Source: Tubiluchus corallicola (Eukaryota; Animalia; Priapulida). Taken from it: 12,863 bases of DNA. The stretch lies in NCBI GenBank assembly GCA_030141605.1, contig JAQGDQ010002149.1:1-12863 (forward strand). The letters run 5' to 3'. Position numbers and translations under genes: made by a program. The notes beneath the pieces were generated by a model that saw only the letters and a list, made by a program, of their open reading frames with translations, was not told the origin of the DNA and searched no databases. Of this stretch, positions 1 through 7,990 are shown piece after piece. The stretch's first letter is position 1, and each line of letters starts with the position of its first letter.

Positions 1-113
1 TATTATGGAGGATAAATGATAAACCAATAATTTTATGGCATTTTTAAAGTTAATAATTAAGTTAAAGTTAAGAGAACACAAACTCTGCTGCAAAAATTAG
101 TTAGCGAGACGGA

Positions 114-143
114 TTAGGATTAGGGTTAGGGTCAATGTTAGGG
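114..143 (+). repeat. Short degenerate TTAGGG tract
   Basis: ttagga ttaggg ttaggg tcaatg ttaggg in 6-bp register. Confidence 0.6.
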
Positions 144-220
144 TATTTAAATTGTGTTGGAGCTATAATCTCCTTTCCAGATTCATTAAGTAGAAAATAC
201 TACAAATACGGCTGCCTTAC

Positions 221-349
221 TTCTTGTAGTCTCTCGTTGAACAAAGCCAAAACTCTAGTCCGGTAATCAGGAAGATTACAGACAGGATTTCCTGTTAAAC
301 GGAGATTCTCCAAACAAGGCAGCTGACAAACACAAGTTAGTTCTTGCAT
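221..349 (-). CDS. NISCH: Nischarin internal exon H (last LRR plus LRR cap), 129 nt, phase 0/0
   Basis: atttcAG|ATG ... GAA|GTaagg. Translates MQELTCVCQLPCLENLRLTGNPVCNLPDYRTRVLALFNERLQE, similar to [37 protein letters not shown]. Contains the LRRcap motif NP...YR..V. Confidence 0.94.
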
Positions 350-488
350 CTGAAATCAAACATTACCTTAGTAAGAAAACTTACATAGCAAAAGTTTAGT
401 GCATAATTAAACTACGATGTAAAAGAGAAATTCGCTTGGCTGACAAAGATGCGCGGTACCGTGATAAGCATGTTCAATGAGCTGCACT

Positions 489-650
489 TGTGATGTAAAG
501 TTCATCTGTGACGTAAAGTTCATTTGTGACGTAAAGTTCATTTGTGACGTAAAGTTCATTTGTGACGTAAAGTTCATTTATGACGTAAAGTTCATCTGTG
601 ACGTAAAGTTCATCTGTGATGTAAAGTTCATTTGTGACGGAAAGTTCATT
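489..650. repeat. 18-bp minisatellite, 9 copies (TGTGACGTAAAGTTCATY)
   Basis: Directly visible head-to-tail units; it produces the CDVKFI pseudo-ORF. Confidence 0.97.
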
Positions 651-904
651 TTCGTGACATCACTTCAACACCCTCTAGCAATCTTCGATTATGCAAACAT
701 GCTTGACACGTAAGGAAGATGAGTACCATTGTACAAACTGGTTAGTTTGTGATGTAAGCAACTACCATTAATTAACTTTGCAAGGTATTTATTCAAATAT
801 TAAAAACAATTTATAGGCAAGAAAATGTATATCTGGTACAGTAAATTAAAATGAGTCTAATCAATTATCCCGTCTTCCCTTAATAAAGAAGACAAATACA
901 TAAA

Positions 905-977
905 CACATCCCTAAAACAAAAGAACAGCACATCCCTAAAACAAAAGAACAGCTGATCCCTAAAACAAAAGAACAGC
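905..977. repeat. 24-bp tandem repeat, 3 copies, next to the exon G donor
   Basis: cacatccctaaaacaaaagaacag at 905, 929 and 953 (third copy starts ctgat). Confidence 0.95.
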
Positions 978-984
978 AAATTAC

Positions 985-1239
985 CTTCTCAATGCAGTTC
1001 TCACTCAGATCTAAATTCACCAGGGAATACAATTTACGGAAACCCGAGAGAGTCACGATTTTATTTGCGGTAAGGATTAGCGTGCGTATGTTGCCAAGGC
1101 GAGTGTGCAACGAATCCAGTTCGTAGAAAGAATTATGGGACAGATCCACATGGATGAGAGAAGAGAGATGCTCCAGGTGATCCAGTTGTTCCAGGGCATT
1201 ATGGCTCAAGTTTAAAATTTCCAGGTTTGGCAGAAGCGT
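985..1239 (-). CDS. NISCH: Nischarin internal exon G (LRR repeats), 255 nt, phase 0/0
   Basis: tgtcacAG|ACG ... AAG|GTaatt. Translates TLLPNLEILNLSHNAL...LHTRLGNIRTLILTANKIVTLSGFRKLYSLVNLDLSENCIEK, with LxxLxLxxN repeats and the nischarin-like LHTKLGNIKTL and KLYSLVNLDL segments. Confidence 0.96.
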
Positions 1240-1515
1240 CTGTGACATAGACACAAAACCGTTTAATTAGTCACCATGTTGCATATCATAAACATAGTTA
1301 CACTTATGGTAACATTTTGTACACTTTTTTGCATTAGGCCTTTATGAAGTGACACATAAACAGTAAACACTTTACAATTTTTGTTTAAACTGCAAAGGTA
1401 ATTGGTTCAGTTCAGGTATAACTTCATTTTTTTCTACTAAATTTGAGTATCAAAAATTTTACAATAATCGTAAGTTCCATGAATCCGACAACTTAAAAAA
1501 TTCTTTTAGTTTTTT

Positions 1516-1979
1516 TGTTATGTGTTATGTATGTATGTATGATGTTTGGTGTTATGTATGTATAATGTTATGTGTTATGTATGTATGTATAATGTTATGT
1601 GCTATGTATGTATGATGTTATCTGTTATGTATGTATGATGTTATGATGTATGATGTTATGTGTTATGTATGTATGATGTTATGTGTTATGTATGTATGAT
1701 GTTATCTGTTAATTATGTATGATGTTATCTGTTATGTATGTATGATGTTATGTGTTATGCATGTATGATGTTATCTGTTAATTATGTATGATGTTATGTG
1801 TTATGTATGTATGATGTTATGTGTTATGTATGCATGATGTTATCTGTTATGTATGTATGATGTTATCTGTTAATTATGTATGATGTTATGTGTTATGTAT
1901 GTATGATGTTATGTGTTATGTATGCATGATGTTATCTGTTATGTATGTATGATGTTATGTGTTATGTATGTATAATGTT
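1516..1979. repeat. About 23-bp TATG/TGTTA-derived minisatellite, about 20 copies, with a 92-bp higher-order duplication
   Basis: Unit tgttatgtgttatgtatgtatga and variants. Block 1769-1860 is repeated at 1861-1952. Confidence 0.95.
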
Positions 1980-2133
1980 CGTTTGTTTATTTCAACTAAA
2001 CTTTGATTTGAGTCAGAAAGGATGTAAAAACTATGACTGAACCCCATTTTACCTACCTAAAGATGAAGTTCCCCTTCTCAAACCATTAGTCATTTTCTAA
2101 TTAGCTATACAGCTATATATAGCTATATAATTA

Positions 2134-2875
2134 GTGTTATATGATGAGGCTCGAAATATATTACTAAGCAAACTCTGTACCTTGTTAATTCCTCATAACA
2201 TTAGAATTTATAATCTGTCAACAAATGAACTCGTTTATCTGCTTCTTCATGGCATCCGACACTTAAGTATAACTGTTAATATTCAAGTATTTAAGCATGT
2301 ACAGAGATGTATATTTCTAACTAAGCACTTTTAACCATTGTGTTGGCTTATACTGTTTACATACTAACATTAATGTCATCTCAACATTACGCTATACAGT
2401 CGACCCTCGTTAAACCGGACCCCGTTAGCCCAGATATCGGATAAGACGGACGTCATCCGTGGTAAAGGAAACTGACCGATTTCCGTCCGAGCCGGAGCGC
2501 TAAACACAACACGGCCTACCAACTGTACAACAATTTCTTTATCCTCACAAGTTAACTATTTTAAAGTAATATACAGTATAGTATATAGTGCAATGTATAT
2601 AGGCCTTATTAAGGTGATTATTCCTGTATAATATAGACTATATATAGGCATATCGGATAAATCGGACAATCGGCTAAACTGGGACCCCCCAATTAGTCCG
2701 GTTTAACGAGGGTTGACTGTACTGCTATTAGTCATGCAAAAATGCTGCTACTGTTTGTTTTTTGTCTGCACTCTTTTAAGTATTACTTTCTATTGGTAAG
2801 AACGTCTATCAGTTGTAAAACTGTTGAAGCCATATAGTAATCTATGTTATTCAATAGTACAATGTTTAAACTGAA
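2134..2875 (+). mobile_element. 5'-truncated LINE remnant (CR1/L2-group ORF2 C-terminus plus 3' UTR), interrupted by a MITE
   Basis: ORF 2134-2334, Y..AR..LL...LLHG...LS...N..VF..VQ..I..TKHF*, resembles the C-terminus of invertebrate CR1/L2-group ORF2 proteins (...LL.G..LS...N..IF..V..FI..TKRF*). An AT-rich tail ending ...caata...atgtttaaac follows. Family and ends come from pattern recognition only. Confidence 0.6.
2397..2719. mobile_element. Tc1/mariner-superfamily (pogo/Tigger-like) MITE, 323 bp
   Basis: 24-bp TIRs cagtcgaccctcgttaaaccggac (2397-2420) and gtccggtttaacgagggttgactg (2696-2719), 23/24 identical. TA at 2395-2396 and 2720-2721. Internal tatcggataa motif repeated. Confidence 0.93.
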
Positions 2876-2976
2876 AGTCAAATACTACCATCCATTTACT
2901 GATATAATCATCATCTGCTCAACTGAATTTACCCGTCAAAACCAACAGAAAACTATTAAAATTGTATTTTGCTTAC

Positions 2977-3102
2977 AATTGATTCATCGATCCTTGTGAT
3001 CTCATTGTAACTAAAATCTGCCATGGATAATTTTGGCCAAGAAAACAAGTCCGTCAAGTTGTTCATCTGCTGCCATTGTGCACAATCCCGTAGTAATATG
3101 TC
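2977..3102 (-). CDS. NISCH: Nischarin internal exon F (start of LRR region), 126 nt, phase 0/0
   Basis: tttcttgtAG|GAC ... ATT|GTaagc. Translates DILLRDCAQWQQMNNLTDLFSWPKLSMADFSYNEITRIDESI, similar to [21 protein letters not shown]. Confidence 0.92.
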
Positions 3103-3279
3103 CTACAAGAAACGGAGAAATCGATATCGGATCAACACACAGGTTCCCATGTCGGCACATCCCTGAAAGGGACCTTCTCTTTTTCTAAATCTGCCAAACT
3201 GAAGTTTCTTAGTAGTGGGGCAATATGAGAGCTCAGAAAAAGATGATGTGCATCAAAGTTTTGAGATTTTTAGTTGCTA

Positions 3280-3558
3280 CACTTAACTGTTAACTTATAC
3301 GCAAAGCCAGTTATGCAGGTGTGGCTTCATTTAATTGTTAACTTATATACAAAACTGGGCTTCACTTAACTATTAATTTATTCGCAAAAACGGTTAGTCA
3401 GGTGTGGCTTCACTTAACTATTAATTTATTCGCAAAAATGGTTAGTCAGGTGTGGCTTCACTTAACTATTAATTTATTCGCAAAAACGGTTAGTCAGGTG
3501 TGGCTTCATTTAACTGTCAATTTATACACGAAACCGGTTATGCAGTGTGGTTTCACTT
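3280..3558. repeat. 48-bp minisatellite, about 6 copies (one internally deleted)
   Basis: cacttaactattaatttattcgcaaaaacggttagtcaggtgtggctt at 3363, 3411 and 3459, with diverged flanking copies. Confidence 0.93.
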
Positions 3559-3609
3559 CGAAATACTGAAAAAAGGCTGGCATAAGGTGTTCTCAAATGA
3601 ATGTCTCAC

Positions 3610-3705
3610 CTGTAAGTCTTTAACAGTGTGATGGACGTACAAATTTTTCAAAGTTTTGCGTAGATTCTCTGTACCAGAAAACATGTCAGGATTACAACAT
3701 TGTAT
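3610..3705 (-). CDS. NISCH: Nischarin internal exon E, 96 nt, phase 0/0 (its acceptor is the last copy of a 66-bp array)
   Basis: ttttatttacAG|ATA ... CAG|GTgaga. Translates IQCCNPDMFSGTENLRKTLKNLYVHHTVKDLQ and keeps the frame between exons D and F. An alternative in-frame start at 3771 is possible. Confidence 0.85.
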
Positions 3706-4655
3706 CTGTAAATAAAACATGAGACTTGATTTGGCTATGATAAACAGCATGTTAGAATTACAGCATTGTACCTGCAAATAAAACATGAGACTTTATTTGA
3801 CTACGATAAACAGCATGTTAGAATTACAACATTGTATCTGTAAATAAAACATGAGACTTTATTTGACTACGATAAACAGCATGTTAGAATTACAACATTG
3901 TATCTGTAAATAAAACATGAGACTTGATTTGACTACGATAAACAGCATGTTAGAATTACAACATTGTATCTGTAAATAAAACATGAGACTTTATTTGACT
4001 ACGATAAACAGCATGTTAGAATTACAACATTGTATCTGTAAATAAAACATGAGACTTGATTTGACTACGATAAACAGCATGTTAGAATTACAACATTGTA
4101 TCTGTAAATAAAACATGAGACTTTATTTGACTACGATAAACAGCATGTTAGAATTACAGCATTGTATCTGTAAATAAAACATGAGACTTTATTTGACTAC
4201 GATAAACAGCATGTCAGGATTACAACATTGTATCTGCAAATAAAACATGAGACTTTATTTGACTACGATAAACAGCATGTCAGGATTACAACATTGTATC
4301 TGCAAATAAAATATGAGACTTTATTTGACTACGATAAACAGCATGTCAGGATTACAACATTGTATCTGCAAATAAAATATGAGACTTTATTTGACTACGA
4401 TAAACAGCATGTCAGGATTACAACATTGTATCTGCAAATAAAATATGAGACTTTATTTGACTACGATAAACAGCATGTTAGAATTACAACATTGTATCTG
4501 CAAATAAAATATGAGACTTTATTTGACTACGATAAACAGCATGTCAGGATTACAACATTGTATCTGCAAATAAAACATGAGACTTTATTTGACTACGATA
4601 AACAGCATGTTAGAATTACAACATTGTATCTGCAAATACAACATGAAACTTTATT
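3682..4655. repeat. 66-bp minisatellite, about 15 copies, spanning the intron/exon E acceptor
   Basis: Unit catgtYagRattacaacattgtatctgYaaataaaacatgagactttatttgactacgataaacag. Minus-strand AG at 3706, 3772, 3838 ... 4630, at exact 66-bp spacing. Confidence 0.97.
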
Positions 4656-5356
4656 CAGTTACAGATAAAAAAACAAAATTCTTAGACTGTATGTGGCTCA
4701 TAAAGGACAAAATAGCGTCAGTTTTAAACAAACTGATGTTGCATTTGCACCTGAACTCCAAAGCCAAAACTAATTGATCAGGAAAAAGATTTGCCCACAG
4801 ATTTTCAATAATTAAGTTTCTGTTGATTGTTCACATTTGTATTGAATCATCAGCTGCCAGAAAGTGCAAAAATCTTCTCTTCTTTGTTTAAGCAAAAAAT
4901 TTTGTGTCATAAAAACTCAAGTAAACAAGAGTCATACAAAAAAATTACAAAATTTAAACTTTTTACTAGTATTGCAAAAAATGCCTAAATGAAATTTAGG
5001 CATCGGTGAAACACATAGCTTTTTGTTAAGCAGAAGTTAAATGACTTTAGGTGGTAGTGTGTCACTGCATGTTCTCACCTGAATTAACGTAATAACACTA
5101 TGCTCAAAATCAAGCAGAGAAACCATAAAGCTAAGCCAAATTTTCTGAGAGCGGCAACGAAAAAAATTGTTTCTGTTTTATCATATTAACTCAAAAGATG
5201 TGTCAGTAGGGAAGAAAGAAAAATTTTTCCAATTTTTTTAAAGGGAATGTGTAAAGCTGATTCATTTAAAACCAGTTGAAATCAAAGTTTGTTTATTTCC
5301 CACTGATTAGCATTAACGTTAAAAGTTTTTTCAATGCACATTTTTTCAATGCACAA

Positions 5357-6082
5357 AAGCAAGTTGTTAAACTACAAGTAAAGCAAGTTGTTAAACTGCA
5401 AGTAAAGCAAGTTGTTAAACTGCAAGAAAAGCAAGTTGTTAAACTACAAGTAAAGCAAGTTGTTAAACTGCAAGTAAAGCAAGTTGTTAAACTGCAAGTA
5501 AAGCAAGTTGTTAAACTGCAAGAAAAGCAAGTTGTTAAACTGCAAATAAAGCAAGTTGTTAAACTGCAAGTAAAGCAAGTTGTTAAACTGCAAGTAAAGC
5601 AAGTTGTTAAACTGCAAATAAAGCAAGTTGTTAAACTGCAAGTAAAGCAAGTTGTTAAACTGCAAGTAATCAAAGTTGTTCAGCTACAAATAAAGCAAGT
5701 TGTTAAACTGCAAGAAAAGCAAGTTGTTAAACTGCAAGTAATCAAAGTGGTTCAGCTACAAATAAAGCAAGTTGTTAAACTGCAAGTAATCAAAGTTGTT
5801 CAGCTACAAATAAAGCAAGTTGTTAAACTGCAAGTAAAGCAAGTTGTTAAACTGCAAGTAAAGCAAGTTGTTAAACTGCAAGTAAAGCAAGTTGTTAAAC
5901 TGTAAGTAAAGCAAGTTGTTAAACTGCAAGTAAAGCAAGTTGTTAAACTGCAAGTAACATAAGTTGTTTAAAGCAAGTTGTTCAACTACAAATAAAGAAA
6001 GTTGTTTACTTAAAAGTAAAAAAGCTTGTTTAGCTAGTAAAACAAGGTGCTAGGTTACAAGTAAAGCAAGTTGTTTAACTAC
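5357..6082. repeat. 24-bp minisatellite, about 30 copies, decaying toward and abutting the exon D donor
   Basis: aagcaagttgttaaactgcaagta units, homogeneous to about 5960 and degenerate to 6082. Preceded by an exact 15-bp duplication ttttttcaatgcaca (5326-5355). Confidence 0.97.
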
Positions 6083-6249
6083 CTGTAAGTGAGTAAGTGA
6101 GCGAAAGTTGGTCATGTCAAATGGAAGCTGATTGATGGAGATGTTGCTTGTGCCGATCGGATCCTTGGCTTCACCGGTGATATTCAGATGCTTTAAACGA
6201 CAGATGAAATCCAGGACATGACCGATGTCCTGACGTGGGTTTCCTGTAT
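6083..6249 (-). CDS. NISCH: Nischarin internal exon D, 167 nt, phase 1/0
   Basis: atttcAG|AT ... TTACAG|GTagtt. Translates (D)TGNPRQDIGHVLDFICRLKHLNITGEAKDPIGTSNISINQLPFDMTNFRSLTHLQ, similar to DLGHILDFTCRLKYLKVSG...GTSNI...LPFDLS. Confidence 0.94.
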
Positions 6250-6473
6250 CTGAAATGAAGTCCAGAAATGAAAGGCAAAAAAGACACTGTTAACATCAAG
6301 ACAAGAACAACGCCAAATTATTTGTTGTTTATGTATCAATAACAAACTTTTTTCCTGGAGGACATTTAAATAAAGGTTTTTTCATAAATAATAATACTTG
6401 ACCATAGCACAGAGCAAGAATTGATCTTCTGAAAAAAAAGAAGCTGCACAATTTTTCACGAACACCATGAAGT

Positions 6474-6547
6474 GCACATCACAGTATGATGATATGTAGT
6501 GAAACCACAAGGGCACATCACAGCATGATGATATGTAGTGAAACCAC
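6474..6547. repeat. 39-bp-period direct duplication (2 copies)
   Basis: gcacatcacagYatgatgatatgtagtgaaaccac at 6474 and 6513. Confidence 0.9.
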
Positions 6548-6840
6548 TTATGAACTTCTTTGTTACACGACCACTGAAGTTATTAAAATGCATTGACATG
6601 TCTGATAATTCTGTTCTAAACACACTGTCGATTTTAAACAATCACACCAGTATTACTACACTCAGGAAAAACCGAATACTTATGTATAGCAACCAATATT
6701 ATAAAATATGCCGGATTCTCGCCACATGATAATGTTGCCTATGATCTACATTGGCCAACATTAAACGAAATAGAAATTCCTGGATTCAGCCTCAATGAAA
6801 TTAAAAATATATTACTAACACTGCTGCCTCATTAATTACA

Positions 6841-6864
6841 TATATATATATATATATATATATA
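6841..6864. repeat. (TA)12 microsatellite
   Basis: Directly visible. Confidence 0.95.
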
Positions 6865-7200
6865 TTAACTCATGATATTGTATTATCAATTGCAATATTA
6901 TTGCTTTATTTATATTTACTGTGAGTGTATATATGTGATAATATGCAAATAAAGATAGTATATATATGAGGAAACAATTTGCCATGTTGAAATATAAAAT
7001 TTACGGTTGTACAACATTTCAACAGTGAATATAAAAACACAAAAACACTTCAAACTGATTATTGATGCCTGAGAAAGAATAAAACCAGAACACAGCAGAT
7101 GTCGCTAAAAGAAACCAGCAGAGATAATTCAGAAGCTTCTTTACATACGATGTCTTCAATTCTCCTATCATGTAAAATATTCATGACATTACATCACGGG

Positions 7201-7581
7201 TAGGGGTATGCTCGAATTCGATTCGAATGAGTTTTTTTAGTTCGAACTCGATTCGAATCCAAAACTATAGATTCGAATAATTCAGCACTTCAATCACATA
7301 CGTTCCTGATCATTAAAACGATTGAAACATCATGCAATTAACATAATTTAGTTGTTATTTCTGCGCACAACCTTAAACGAATTACTAGTCATTTTATTGC
7401 AGAACAATATCTAGTGATATGCATGATCTTTGTAAGACTAATTTTTACTGGTGGTTCGAAAACTTGCTCGAAAATCGTTCAATCTCAATTCGAAACAATG
7501 AAGTTCGGTTCGATTCGAATTCGAAAGTAACAAATTGAGTTCGATTCGAATTCGCTTTCTAGTAGAGAATGCTCACCCCTA
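7201..7581. mobile_element. hAT-type MITE, 381 bp
   Basis: Perfect 8-bp TSD atcacggg at 7193-7200 and 7582-7589. Termini taggggtatgc / gctcaccccta. Clustered subterminal TTCGA(A/T) motifs at both ends. Confidence 0.9.
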
Positions 7582-7682
7582 ATCACGGGTATTTTCTAAA
7601 CTCGCATTACACTGCTTTGACCCACGAAACACTGAGACAAAAAATAAGTACCGGTAATAAAACGTTGTTAAATTGAACTCAC

Positions 7683-7778
7683 CACAAGTGGGTTCAGGTA
7701 ATTTTAAGCGTTCAGTAATGGCACACAGCTGAAGTGGAGTCATGCTGAAAATAGCCTCTGATTCCAACAACTCATCTC
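7683..7778 (-). CDS. NISCH: Nischarin internal exon C, 96 nt, phase 1/1
   Basis: atttAG|GA ... TGTG|GTgagt. Translates (G)DELLESEAIFSMTPLQLCAITERLKLPEPTC, similar to [32 protein letters not shown]. Confidence 0.93.
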
Positions 7779-7990
7779 CTAAATCAAAAGTTTTACTACG
7801 ATTACTAAGTATTGAAATGAAGCCATCTGTTTAAACAATATAAATGCATCAGTTATTCTGAGAAATAAAAACAAAGAAACTTATTGTGTTTATGAAACAT
7901 AAAACTAAGACGTGAATGAAAACAGACAATTACATCTAGTTCTAGAAACATTCTTGCAGAATTTAGCAAGTCAAAATAGCAATTTTTTTA

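Noticed and set aside
477-713. CDVKFI-repeat ORF
   Set aside because: Translation of the 18-bp minisatellite, antisense within an intron.
3682-4655. CRISPR-like array (also considered for the other arrays)
   Set aside because: Units are head-to-tail with no unique spacers, no cas genes are present, and the context is a spliceosomal gene.
4228-4777. ORFs 4228-4668 and 4577-4777 as repeat proteins
   Set aside because: Antisense translations of the 66-bp array; they stay open only because the unit length is a multiple of 3.
5276-5905. 209-aa KQVVKLQV ORF and the overlapping minus-strand ORFs
   Set aside because: Translations of the 24-bp satellite, open in several frames on both strands, with no ATG start or gene context.
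6474-6547. Box C/D snoRNA (ATGATGA motifs)
   Set aside because: The motifs are antisense to the host transcript, lie in a simple duplication, and have no clear terminal stem.
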